Source: Nitrospirales bacterium
GTDB lineage: Bacteria > Nitrospirota > Nitrospiria > Nitrospirales > UBA8639
Direction: 5' to 3'
DNA: 64,000 nucleotides
NCBI GenBank assembly: GCA_963555755.3
Contig: OY820905.2
Coordinates: 672,001 to 736,000 of the forward strand
The notes under the pieces: generated by a model
The model's database searches: none
What the model was told of the DNA's origin: nothing
The model's input: the letters and a program-made list of their open reading frames with translations, nothing else
Shown: one piece after another, positions 19,691 to 31,754 of the stretch
How the letters are laid out: each line of letters opens with the position of its first letter
How positions within the stretch are numbered: the stretch's first letter is position 1
Made by a program: the position numbers and the translations under genes

Positions 19691-20123
19691 GACACTATCA
19701 TAATTTATGTTGTACGTAAATCATACACTTAATATACTATCTAAACATCAAGGTGACAGCATGTCAACAATGTCATAATGAGCCCGCCCCTGCTCCATCA
19801 ACGTGTCTGCAGAATCGGCCCCCATGACGCGGGTGGTCGATAGGCATACGAGTGAAAGGGCCACAATGAGGGTAACGACTATTCCACACCGAATCGGACG
19901 AAACCTGTGAGAGGAAGGAATCGGTAAAAAGGTTGAAGAAATAGTCACAAAGAGGACCTCAAATCGTTAAGGCTTGAAGAAAGCCATTTGAGGGCAAAGC
20001 CACCGCAACATAAACACTTAACCTTGCGCCCTATCCCATAACAATAATTCTCTCATAAATCTCCAATGCCAGCTTCCAACCATTGAACCTTGAAGGGGAG
20101 TAAAAAAAGGGCTCCCCACAAAT

Positions 20124-20774
20124 TCATACCTCGTTGCCGTGAACAAGTTGGAATTGGCGTTGCGCGAGAGATCGGCCAAGATCACGTATCGTGATCGCCC
20201 CCGGCGTTCGACTCAGGAGGTGTCGACCGAGGGACAAGACGAGCCGGCGTTTCGTGGTATTGGCTGGGTAGCTGTGGTGAAGGTTCTGCTGGACGGCGGC
20301 TTGGCCCACGAGCCAGAGCACGAACAAGGCCAAGGCTCCAAGTAACAGCAGGATCGCTAACCGCTGTGGGGTTCGCGTGTGACTGGCGGCGAAGCCCAAG
20401 CCATAGCGTGCACTCTTGAGATCCCGAACGGCTTCCTCAATCTGCATCCGTTGCCGATAGATCTGTATGATCGTTTGGCCGGCCACGCCCGTAAGCTTAG
20501 GGAGGAAGCAAGCAGCCACGGTTCACGGGCCCGGGTCGCCTGTTTGCGACTATGCGAGGAGCGAACGGGCTGCCCCAAGACCGAAGTATAGCGCCGGCCC
20601 TTGGCCGGTTGCCGGACCAGGTGCACCGTGCAGCGATGGGGAGGGGAGCGAACGAGTTGCACCTCGCCGAGCGTCGTGGGGCGCGTCGTGGCCGCCGCAT
20701 ACAAGTGCTTGCAGGGCATCAGGTCTCGGCGCCCGCTTGTTGCACGAGCGTCCGATTGCGAACTCGCCCCACCC
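20124..20774 (-). pseudogene. IS4-family (IS10-like) transposase, 3' fragment with frameshifts
   Basis: YRQRMQIEEAVRDLKS YREK motif, REPWLLASSL, VGRVRNR spread over several frames. Confidence 0.8.
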
Positions 20775-22199
20775 TGTTGTGGTCTAATGGAAATGGACCC
20801 CTCGAAACGCCCGAGGCATACTGCGGGCAAGGAGGTGAAGGATGGCAGGACAAGCGAGAAAAGAGTATACGCCCGAGTGTAAGCGGGAGGCGGTGGCCTT
20901 GGTCACTGAACAGGGGTATACCCTGGTGGGCGCCGCGCGGAATTTGGGAATTACTCGAGACATGCTGCGTCGGTGGAAACGGGAGTTGGGACAGGATGGT
21001 GGGATCGCGTTTCCTGGGAAAGGCCACCAGACGCCGAAGCAAGCGGAGTTACAGCGGATGCAGGAAGAGAATCGCCGGCTCCGGATGGAGCGGGACATTT
21101 TAAAAAAAGCGACGGCCTTCTTCGCGAGCGAATCGCGATGAGATATCAGTGTATCCAGCAGGAGCGGCGAGCCTATCCACCGACGCTGCTGTGTCGGATG
21201 ATGCAAGTCAGTCGGAGTGGCTATTATGCCTTTCTCCAGCGAGCCGAGCCGCCGAAGCCTGTGACAGCCGAGCTGGCGTTGGTGGCCGCAGTCCAACGGA
21301 TTGCTCAAGACACCCATGCCACGTATGGCAGTCGGCGGATGATGCACGAGCTGCAGGCGAGCGGCCACGCTGGGGGACGGTATCGGACCCGCACCCGCAT
21401 GAGGAACGCGCAGGTTCCGGTAAAACGCCGAAGACGGTGGACGACCACCACCCAGAGTCGGCAGGCCCATCCCGTCGCCTCCAATCCCCTGGCGCGCCAG
21501 GTCACGGTGGCTGCTCCCAATCAGGCCTGGGCGGGAGATATTACATATCGTGTGGACCCGGCTGGCTGGTTGTATCTGGCAGTTGTGGTGGATCTGTTTT
21601 CCCGCAAGGTGGTGGGGTGGGCCCTGGAGGCGACGTTGGCCAGTGTGCTGGTGGAAGAGGCCCTGAAGATGGCGGTCGGCCGGCGGCAGCCCCCACCAGG
21701 CCTGCTGCACCATTCGGATCGGGGAAGCCAATAGGCCGGGCACGATTATCACGCGTTGTTACAGACTCATAAGTTTCAGTGTAGCATGAGTCGAAAAGGA
21801 AATTGTTGGGACAATGCGGTGGTGGAAAGGTTTTTGGGCACACTGAAGCAAGAGTGGACGCATGACCGAAGTTTTCTGACACACCAGGAGGCGAAGGCCG
21901 CCGTGATTGAGTACAGTGAGATGTTTTATAACAGCCACCGGCGTCATTCAACACTGGGCTACCTCAGTCCCAATGAGTTTGAAGCCCAGGCCCAGGTTGC
22001 GACAGAGGAAGGTGCTCGGCAACATGGGGGGATCCCGGAGTAGGGGGGATAGAGGAGATCGTTGATTGTGAGGCAACCTGGAAAGAAATTTTTCCCAGCC
22101 GCCAGTGCCAAATCAGACCGGCGGCCCAAATCTAGGAGAAAGGCTTTACGGAGAGCCAAACGGACTTAACCCGGTGTCCGTTTTCATTGAACCACTACA
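20775..22199 (+). mobile_element. IS3-family element; orfA 20842-21141, orfB interrupted by TAG at 21732
   Basis: TG...CA ends with imperfect 27-bp TIR; A7G slippery site near 21102; WAGDITY, HSDRGSQ, GNCWDNAVVE motifs. Confidence 0.92.
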
Positions 22200-22425
22200 C
22201 CCTGCGCTTTGAGCCGGCCTTGGTCTTCGGGGCCATAGTATTCAAACGTGGTGGTATTCGCATTGGGGTCAGTCACACTGCGCACCCGGCCCACCAGATC
22301 CACTTCGCGTGTCACCGTATGCCCGGCTTGGTCGGTCAGCTTAATGGCATGGTTGTTGGGATCATATTCGGTCTGCAGTTGATGCTGATCCGGATCGGTC
22401 TGCGAGGTGCGATTCATCAACTGTC
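22200..22425 (-). pseudogene. YD-repeat (Rhs core) fragment
   Basis: TEYDPNNH..LTDQAG..DLVGRVRSVTDPNANTTTFEY. Confidence 0.75.
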
Positions 22426-22729
22426 CGCCATAGCCAGAAAAACCTAGCGGGGGAAAAATACCAAGTCAAGCAATGACCTCAAATCCAAGATTAGGGGCAC
22501 GCTTTCGTGAGCGAGTGAGGACGAGCAACTGTTGCTTCAACAGTAAATTCTCGGCCACCACCGCCCTCATGCCGTCATGTTTGAGGAGTGTGATTGTGAG
22601 CGAACCCAGGCACGTGAAAACCATGAATAAAAGTTTCATGGCAGGTGAGAGTACGGAGGGTGACAGAAAAGATCAAGCCTGACAAAAGATCGGGCTGGGA
22701 GCGGAAATTAGGAATTCGCCAAGGACAGG

Positions 22730-22810
22730 TTCAAGCCGCCGTTGAGGCCCACCGGGTCCAGCTGCGTGAAGCGTCCGACTTCGGGATCGTAGTATCTGAC
22801 GCGATAGTAA
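22730..22810 (-). pseudogene. Tiny Rhs core-end remnant
   Basis: Manual translation YYRVRYYDPEVGRFTQLDPVGLNGGLN. Confidence 0.8.
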
Positions 22811-22848
22811 CCCCTTTCTCAGAACAAATTATTCGTGAAAAGTATTAG

Positions 22849-25800
22849 TCAACCAAAGACTTGACCCGTATCGGCTGTGCCGCCTACCGTCACATCGTCG
22901 GTGGCGAAGTCCGCGACCGATTCACTAAAGACCACGGTGAAGTTAATGGAACTGCCATTGGTCGGATCGCTTTGCCCGCCGGCTTGGTCAATCGTGACCG
23001 TGGGGCCGGTGGTATCCGTCGAGAAGGTGACGGTGTTATCCGTGGACGTCGAGGCACTATTGGCATTGCCCACACTATCGGTGGCGATATCCGCGCCAAT
23101 GGTAGCGATGACGAGGCCACCAGTGGTCATGCCTGTGACGGCCACGTTGTAGGTGGTGCCACTGCCGGTGACCGTGCCGGTGGTCGCCCCGGCTGTGCCG
23201 CCTACCGTCACATCGTCGGTGGCGAAGTCCGCGACCGATTCACTAAAGACCACGGTGAAGTTAATGGAACTGCCATTGGTCGGATCGAGTTGGCCCACCG
23301 CTTGGTCAATCGTGACCGTGGGGCCGGTGGTATCCGTCGAGAAGGTGACGGTGTTATCGAGAATGGTGGCGACACTGTTCGGGTTCCCGAGCCCATCGGT
23401 CGCGACGCCAGCCGCAATGTCGAGGACGACCGTTCCCGGGCCCGTCATATCACTGATCGCCACGTTGTAGGTGGTGCCACTGCCGGTGACCGTGCCGGTG
23501 GTCGCCCCGGCTGTGCCGCCTACTGTCACATCGCCGGTGGCGAAGTCCGCGACCGATTCACTAAAGACCACGGTGAAGTTAATGGAACTGCCATTGGTCG
23601 GATCGCTTTGCCCGCCGGCTTGGTCAATCGTGACCGTGGGGCCGGTGGTATCCGTCGAGAAGGTGACGGTGTTATCCGTGGACATCGAGGCACTGTTGGC
23701 ATTGCCCACACTATCGGTGGCGATATCCGCGCCAATGGTAGCGATGACGAGGCCACCAGTGGTCATGCCTGTGACGGCCACGTTGTAGGTGGTGCCACTG
23801 CCGGTGACCGTGCCGGTGGTCGCCCCGGCTGTGCCGCCTACCGTCACATCGTCGGTGGCGAAGTCCGCGACCGATTCACTAAAGACCACGGTGAAGTTAA
23901 TGGAACTGCCATTGGTCGGATCGCTTTGCCCGCCGGCTTGGTCAATCGTGACCGTGGGGCCGGTGGTATCCGTCGAGAAGGTGACGGTGTTATCGAGAAT
24001 GGTGGCGACACTGTTCGGGTTCCCGAGCCCATCGGTCGCGACGCCAGCCGCAATGTCGAGGACGACCGTTCCCGGGCCCGTCATATCACTGATCGCCACG
24101 TTGTAGGTGGTGCCACTGCCGGTGACCGTGCCGGTGGTCGCCCCGGCTGTGCCGCCTAATGTCACATCGTCGGTGGCGAAGTCCGCGACCGATTCACTAA
24201 AGACCACGGTGAAGTTAATGGAACTGCCATTGGTCGGATCGCTTTGCCCGCCGGCTTGGTCAATCGTGACCGTGGGGCCGGTGGTATCCGTCGAGAAGGT
24301 GACGGTGTTATCGAGAATGGTGGCGACACTGTTCGTGCCAGCCGCCGGGCCCGTCATATCACTGGTGCCACTGCCGGTGACCGTGCCGGTGGTCGCCCCG
24401 GCTGTGCCGCCTAATGTCACATCGTCGGTGGCCGGAACTGCCATTGGTCGGATCGCTTTGCCCGCCGGCTTGGTCAATGTGACCGTGGGACCGGTGGTAT
24501 CCGTCGAGAAGGTGACGGTGTTATCCGTGGACGTCGAGGCACTGTTGGCATTGCCCACACTATCGGTGGCGATATCCGCGCCAATGGTAGCGATGACGAG
24601 GCCACCAGTGGTCATGCCTGTGACGGCCACGTTGTAGGTGGTGCCACTGCCGGTGACCGTGCCGGTGGTCGCCCCGGCTGTGCCGCCTACCGTCACATCG
24701 TCGGTGGCGAAGTCCGCGACCGATTCACTAAAGACCACGGTGAAGTTAATGGAACTGCCATTGGTCGGATCGCTTTGCCCGCCGGCTTGGTCAATCGTGA
24801 CCGTGGGGCCGGTGGCGACACTGTTCGGGTTCCCGAGCCCATCGGTCGCGACGCCAGCCGCAATGTCGAGGACGACCGTTCCCGGGCCCGTCATATCACT
24901 GATCGCCACGTTGTAGCCACTGCCGGTGACCGTGCCCTGTGCCGCCTACCGATCGTCGGTGGCGAAGTCCGCGACCGATTCACTAAAGACCACGGTGAAG
25001 TTAATGGAACTGCCATTGGTCGGATCGCTTTGCCCGCCGGCTTGGTCAATCGTGACCGTGGGGCCGGTGGTATCCGGCGCAGTAGTGAAGGTGGCATCAA
25101 CGCTGGTTGCCAAATTGCCGGCGGCATCACTACTCAGAACACGAACGTGATACAGGGTGGAAGCGGTCAGCCCGGAGAGAGACACGCTATGGTTGGTCTC
25201 CAGAGTGCTATCGAGAGGAGTGACGTTACCGTACGCCGTGGTCAGCCCGTATTCTACCTGCGAATCGGCTGGCTCATTGGTGGTCCACGTAATTGTCGCA
25301 GTGGATTGAGTAAGACTTTGGCCAACCACTGGAGAAACCAGCGGAGGCAGCGTATCAGCGGTTGTAGTTGCGCTGGCTGTACCAGAGTAGGAACTGAAGT
25401 TGCCAGCAGCATCGATCGCCCGTACGCGATAGCTATAGCTTGTGTTAGTGAGCAGATCCGTATCGCTCATGGTCGTCCCTAAGGGTGTCGCAATCTGAGC
25501 GAAGTTTGAACAGCTTGCACCTTGGCACTGTTCTATTTCATATCCAGTCACACCAACATTATCATTGGATGCGGTCCAGGTTAGCGTGATTTGCGTACTG
25601 GTGACTATCGAAACCGTCAGCGTTGCTGGAGCCATTGGTGGTGTTGGATCAACAATGAGTGGCGGAGTAAAGCCGCTTAAATTTCCAGCAGCATCGCGAG
25701 CGCGCACTCGGTAGCGGTAGGTTGTATTCGCCATGACTCCAGAATCGCTAAAGGTTGTAGCAGTACTCGAGGTGGTTGCCCCAATTCCGGTAAAGTTGGC

Positions 25801-26445
25801 ACACACTGCGCCTTCACAACGTTCGACGAAATATCCTGTCACTCCAATAAGGTCAGTCGAGGGTGACCATGTTAAGTCAACTTGAGTTGGTGACACCAAC
25901 TGGTAGGCGAAGTTTTGCGGAACCGACGGGGCAGCTGTGTCGATGACTCCCCCTGTTGTCGTATTCACCACGTTAGAATATGGACTCTTTTTTCCGCCGA
26001 GATCTACAGACCGAACACGATAATGATAGAGGGTGCCACCGCTGAGACCGGAATCAAGAAACGTTATGGTCACAACAGATGAGTCAATGACACTAAACGA
26101 TCCATTGCCAATACTTTGCTCGACTTCGTAATGATCGAGCACACCATTTCCAGCCACCCACAGCAACATAATTGTTGTTGAATCCACGACGGTTGCTGAA
26201 AGGTTTAACGGCGTAGGTGGAGTAGGAGGCGGACAGTGATCGACTAAGTATAGGAAACCTTCCGAAGCAGCATGAAGGTTACGGTTCAAATTGAACTTGG
26301 GTTTTTTAGGAGGACACGGATCTGTCGATTTATGCGAAAGATGACCTTTCTCAGCGAAGACATTCGCTTCATGAGAGGAAGCAGATAGCGGGGCAAACGC
26401 AACCGCAATTCCAAGCAAAATGCTAATAATACACTGCTTCCTCAT
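22849..26445 (-). pseudogene. Secreted Fn3 + Ig-like repeat surface protein, frameshifted near 24930 and 3'-truncated
   Basis: Signal peptide; four Fn3-like domains (YRYRVRARDAAGN type); 106-aa T/G/D-rich repeats; ends at a junction motif. Confidence 0.85.
22870..25075. repeat. Tandem 318-bp repeats, alternating two variants
   Basis: Shadow ORFs recur at 23153, 23471, 23789, 24107; near-identical DNA. Confidence 0.92.
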
Positions 26446-26881
26446 GCGACCTCCTCTAAGAGCCCCCTCCGCACTCGTATGAGCGATACAAGAAATTCTT
26501 TCAGAAAATTATCTAAATTTATATTATTAAGTATATTTACGTATACACCAGTACAGACCATCTAGACAAACCCTTAGCCTCCATCCCTATTGTGGTTTTA
26601 CGGGTCTACTTTTGTTTCATTTTTACTGGTCTTTAAAACTAATTTCTTACTAAAATTTCTCCTCCATCATTTTTAACGTTTCTTAAATATTTCCAGCTAA
26701 CCTTAACAAGCACGAGTAAGAATGTTTCCGGCCTGCCCATAGATAAGCGTTGTTTCCTTCACATTCAGATCACACATAAATTTCAATCAATCAAAAAATC
26801 CAAAGACTCCTAACACCTTTTCGTCTCCCTCCATATATTTATTTCGCCCGAATAGCATGGGATCTCCTCTTTCCCAACGTC

Positions 26882-27373
26882 TCATAAAGACCCGATAGTT
26901 AAATCCTTCAGCAAAACTTTTAACTCTGATAAATATGGCGATGAATTTAAAATAAAAAAAACCATAGGCGGTTTATGCTTTATATAATGTTCTGTAGGTT
27001 GAGCTGCATTTAAAGCAAACCATACAACTTCCTTTAACGAATCCTCTATTAGATCCGTTGTTAAAATATGACCATCTTCAGGTTCTTTTATGTTTTGATC
27101 GATTTCCCGTTCAACAATGGTTTCATCCACCCAATCATGCAACCTTTCTCCTCCATTCCCACCGCAAACAAAATAGCAGACCCCTTTATCTAATAACTCG
27201 TTAACAAACAGGTCCAATTCTTGTTCAATAGCCAACTCTTCCTTGGTGGCAAAAATCGTGGCTAGAAAATAGGGTTGGGGAAGATTTAAATCTTCCGGCA
27301 AACTTGAAAATTTTTCCAAAAAGACCAAGAAAAGGTTTTGGCTCACACTTTTCCACACTTCATGAGTTCCCAT
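26882..27373 (-). CDS. Putative immunity protein
   Basis: Acidic, AT-rich; TAATG overlap with Rhs stop. Confidence 0.75.
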   Translation of the reverse strand: MGTHEVWKSVSQNLFLVFLEKFSSLPEDLNLPQPYFLATIFATKEELAIEQELDLFVNELLDKGVCYFVCGGNGGERLHDWVDETIVEREIDQNIKEPEDGHILTTDLIEDSLKEVVWFALNAAQPTEHYIKHKPPMVFFILNSSPYLSELKVLLKDLTIGSL

Positions 27374-28890
27374 TATTTTTTATAAACCTGTTGGAGCATA
27401 TTTGTATTAGGTTTATTCGGATAAATTACAAAACCTCCAGCGGAAGCATTGAATACATCTGCGAAGGCAGGATCAATATTAAAACTAAAAGAAGGTTGGG
27501 TATCAGGTACTTCCGGGTTTGAATTATTGAAATCAGATGGTGGGTTGACTGGAGTATCACCAGGCACTGAAAGTATAAGCCCTAATACAATTAGGAACCT
27601 GTTTCCAACACTAAAAAATAAATCGAAAAAACCTTGACCATCCAACGATTTAAGAGAATTGATTTGGTTTTGATAATCATTAATACTGTGAGTCAACCCT
27701 TTGATTCTACCGTCTATTATTGATTGCCTTCGAATCAGGTTATCACCTGCCCTCTGTAAGTGACCTTTATTATCATGTGCATCTGGATTTTTCTTATAAG
27801 CCTTCAATCTTTCAATATGTATATCTCTTATATTACTTAATCCCTTGATCTTATCTAGTTGGTTTCTTGTTAATTTTGAACCCAAACCCAGATATTTACT
27901 TAAGGCATCCAGCGGAGATTGACCTGTGGGATCCCGCAAATTTATGGGGTTATTATTTACATACGCATAAAAGTTCACCCCTTCGCTGAACCCCAACGTA
28001 TCTTCCGTGAGAAACCGGCCTAACCCTGGATCATAATGCCTCGCCCGATAATAATAGAGTCCACTTTCAGTATCCCGCTCCCGACCAGTATAGCGAAGAA
28101 CTGAACAGCTTGCTCCAGCTCCGCCGATTTCATCCCCGAAGGGAGCATACTGGGTTGTTTGGATGGTTGCCCCCTCATGTCCCGAAAGACCCACGACAGA
28201 CTGCAGCGAATCATGCGCATACGTATAATTGGTCCAGACGCCTTGCGGATCGTATTGATACCCATTGACGATTTCATCAATCACGACCCCTCGAAAGAAC
28301 TGTGCTGGTTGATGGCTCCCAGTGACCTTTTCTACATGCTCCCCTTCGAGAAGATAGTCCGCAGCCACCCCAGGCCCTGCCTTACTAATTCGGTAATCCA
28401 TTGGATCGTACGAATAGGTAAAGAGCTCTCCGCCCGTGATCATTTGTGTGATACGGCCTTTGGCATCGGTGCTGTAACTATGTAGTAGAGTGCCTAATCC
28501 ATCCCAACGTTCAGTCATATTTCCATCATCATCATAGCTAAACTGATTTTCCAAGGGTCCGGTTACGCTGCCATCTCGAATTTCCAGCAGACGATTCCCT
28601 TCGTTATAGATGTAGAACTGGGTCGTCGTGTCTACTGTTTGGGTCAGACGATTTCCTACTCCATCGTAGGTGTAGTTATAGGTATTCCCCGCACCTGGAT
28701 AGACGGCATCGGTGAGGCGGTACAGGGGATCGTAGGTAAACGTCGTTGTCCCTTCGCTGCTGCTATTGGTGAGAATGTTGCCGATGCGGTCTCGCGTATA
28801 GCTTTCCTCACCCACCACACTTCCATTCGCATGCTCGGTCGTCAGACTTACCAGCCGGTTATTGTCGTCATAGCCATAGGACGTTGTGGT
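27373..28890 (-). pseudogene. Orphan Rhs module with basic helical toxin domain and conserved YPNKPN tail
   Basis: Core homologous to the 31755 gene up to ~28890; NNPINLRDPTG then unique domain. Confidence 0.88.
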
Positions 28891-29030
28891 TTTTCTCTCC
28901 TATTCGATTGAAACGAAAATATTTCTATGGAAAGTTTTTTCTTTAAATTACCTTTCGATGAATAAGTACCTTTTCGCCATAACCTTGATCCGAAACGCAT
29001 TCGGTCATTCTGTAATTAAGATGAGCGAAA

Positions 29031-29492
29031 TCACCTAATTTCTTCTTTCAAATAACCTACAAACTTTTCGAATTCTTTTTTCGGACCTGGTAAAAACGTT
29101 CTCATCGTTATCGTAATGTGACAAGGAAATTCCTTTTGTGAAATAAGAATCTGCACTTCATGGAAACATCTATACTTCGTGGTCACTGAAACACTGGTAA
29201 TGGCCCCTCTCTCGACTTTTTGAAAATAGGTTAAATAGGTTTTTCCGATAATCAGAAAACTATTGGTAACAGCGAATTTATATAAAAACGCATTAAATTC
29301 TCGAACAATTTCCTCTTGGACTCTGAATCCCTTAAAACAATTACTCCGCAAACTTCCCACCGGAATAACCATCAGTGGTTTTTCGTTTAACTCTGAAAAT
29401 TTTGGGTGCCCAAGCACAATCCGATTGTATCCCCCAATATAATAATGATCGAAGACAATCAAACAAATCCCAAGAACGAAAATCAGATCCAA
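29031..29492 (-). CDS. Putative immunity protein with N-terminal hydrophobic segment
   Basis: AT-rich; AGGAGG RBS; directly downstream of Rhs. Confidence 0.65.
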   Translation of the reverse strand: MDLIFVLGICLIVFDHYYIGGYNRIVLGHPKFSELNEKPLMVIPVGSLRSNCFKGFRVQEEIVREFNAFLYKFAVTNSFLIIGKTYLTYFQKVERGAITSVSVTTKYRCFHEVQILISQKEFPCHITITMRTFLPGPKKEFEKFVGYLKEEIR

Positions 29493-29546
29493 TCTCCAAC
29501 TCCTCCTTTTACAATTTCCTAGGGCTCATCCATCAAAGTTTCTGTT

Positions 29547-31301
29547 TTATTTAGAATATACACTTTGCAACGTATTCACATTGGGTTTATTGGGATACAG
29601 CAGAAACCCACCAGATGCTCCAGAAACTGAGCTGCTAGACGATAGACCGAAAAAATTTTGCACACCTTCTATTGCATTGTTAAATGAGTTAACTGCGTCC
29701 CCTATTACCGTACTCCGAAAAAGCGGGGTGCCTGTTGTTTGAGTTATACCAGCCTCGAAACCAGGAGTACTTCGAGATAAACCGAACTCAGTAAAGAAAG
29801 GTTCGCCGGGCCCGGAGGTGTCCGGGAAAGACACAGCACCACCAACACCTATACCCGATTTACCCGTAAAAGACCCACTCATAGAAACCCCAGGCCCCTC
29901 TAAATTACTTAAAGTTGCATCTTCACTTCCTATGAGGACGTTACCAAAAATACCCAGAGATCCGATCCCTGTACTTTTCCCTAATCCGCGTTCAGTCTGC
30001 AGAACCGCCGAAATTTCTAGGGTATCTATATCAATCGCTAATATAATACTTGCAGCTCCTTTCCCGCCAGGTGCTGTCCTGCCGGGATCGAGAACACCTG
30101 AAACACCCACATTGACCCCGACCGGTTCTAACCCTCTCGGGTCATTAGCATTAATCGGATTATTCCCGACATACGCATAAAAATTTGCATCACCCGCACC
30201 AAATCCTAATGGGTCTTCGGTGATAAACCTTCCGAGCTCAGGATCATAATACCGTGCCCGGTAGTAGTAGAGCCCACTCTCCGCATCTCGTTCCCGCCCC
30301 GTATATCTTAAGACCGAGCAACTGGCGCCTGCGCCATCGATCTCCTCACCGAAAGGGCTATATTGAGTCGTCTGGATCGTCGCACCTTCATGCCCGGAGA
30401 GGCCGACCACCGACTGCAGTGAATCATGTGCATAGGTGTAATTGGTCCAGACGCCCTGCGGATCGTATTGATACCCATTGACGATTTCATCTATCACCAC
30501 GCCACGAAAGAACTGGGCGGGTTGATGACTCCCTGTCACCTTTTCTACATGTTCACCTTCGAGGAGATACTCCGCAGCCACGCCCGGCCCTAATTTACTG
30601 ATGCGATAATCAAAAGGGTCATAGGCATAGGTGAAGGGCTGTCCGCCCGTTGTCATCTGCGTGATACGTCCCTTGGCATCAGTACCATTACTTTGTAGAA
30701 GAGTGCCTAATCCATCCCGACGTTCAGTCATATTTCCATCATCGTCATAGCTAAACTGATTTACCAAGGGTCCGGTTACGCTGCCATCTCGGATTTCCAG
30801 CAGACGATTCCCTTCGTTATAGATGTAGGCTTGGGTGGTTGTGTCTATTGTTTGGGTCAGGCGATTGCCTACTCCATCGTATGTGTAGTTATAGGTATTC
30901 CCCGCCCTTGGATAGACAGCATCGGTGAGGCGGTACAGGGGATCGTAGGTAAACATCGTCGTGCCCTCGCTGGTCGTCACCGTTTGGATATTTCCTACAC
31001 GATCCCGGGCATACGTTTGCTCGCCCACGACACTTCCATTGGCATGCTCGCTCTTTAAACTCACCAAGCGATTGTTGTCATCATAGCCATAGGATGTGGT
31101 GGTCCCATTCGAGAGTATTCGCGTCAGCAACCGGCCTGCGGGGTCATACTGATACCACACTTCGACGTAGTCGGGATTGCGCATGCTAACTAGGCGATTG
31201 GCACTATCGTAACGATAGTCCGTGACCGCACCTTGATAGTCGGTCTTGGTCAGGATATTGCTCATCGGATTTCTCACCATTCTCCTTGTGACATGTGCCA
31301 T
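29547..31301 (-). pseudogene. Orphan Rhs module with G/S-rich C-terminal domain and YPNKPN tail
   Basis: Core homology starts near 31265 (NILTKTDYQG); NNPINANDPRG. Confidence 0.88.
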
Positions 31302-31414
31302 TCCCTGATTGACGCACAGTTACGCATAGTGCACCTCATTAACTCTTCTAAACTCACCAGCCCTAGCTCTTGGGCTTTTTTCATAAAAAAGGTTCCTGAC
31401 ACTTTTTTCTTTCC

Positions 31415-31741
31415 CTATTTCTTCTTTAAAACACTTCCTCCCATGTGTCTGTCAATAAATTCATCACTAACCAGATCCAATTTTTTTATCATTTTTTCCC
31501 ACAGCATTACGCCAAAGCCCACACCAACAGCCGCACCAATGATGAAAAAGAAGAAGGCAATTTTCACATCTATATTACTTACTTCATCCAGAAAAATGGG
31601 ATCCAGTGATCCATGCTTCACTAGAAAAAATAAAGCCCCTATTCCTGTTGCACCCAACATCCCCAAAACGGATATAAACACCACCAATAAAAATGATGCC
31701 AAAAACTTTCGTGTTCGGGAATCCTTCAATCGACCAGGCAT
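31415..31741 (-). CDS. Putative two-TM immunity protein
   Basis: Start reassigned to ATG 31741 (GGAG RBS just after the Rhs stop); two hydrophobic helices. Confidence 0.72.
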   Translation of the reverse strand: MPGRLKDSRTRKFLASFLLVVFISVLGMLGATGIGALFFLVKHGSLDPIFLDEVSNIDVKIAFFFFIIGAAVGVGFGVMLWEKMIKKLDLVSDEFIDRHMGGSVLKKK

Positions 31742-31754
31742 ACACTCCAATTTC

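Noticed and set aside
19748..19948. Short secreted-protein-like ORF
   Set aside because: Probably a truncated N-terminus; too little sequence to assign
20772..22202. CCC on both sides of IS3 as a target duplication
   Set aside because: Flanks belong to unrelated genes and a 3-bp match can be chance
22430..22729. Possible end of another IS/integrase element
   Set aside because: Only a vague resemblance; no partner end or transposase motif could be supported
22870..25075. Possible CRISPR array
   Set aside because: Units are 318-bp coding repeats without unique spacers; no cas genes seen in the window
22861..25482. Long plus-strand ORFs with repeats
   Set aside because: Antisense shadows of the minus-strand repeat protein
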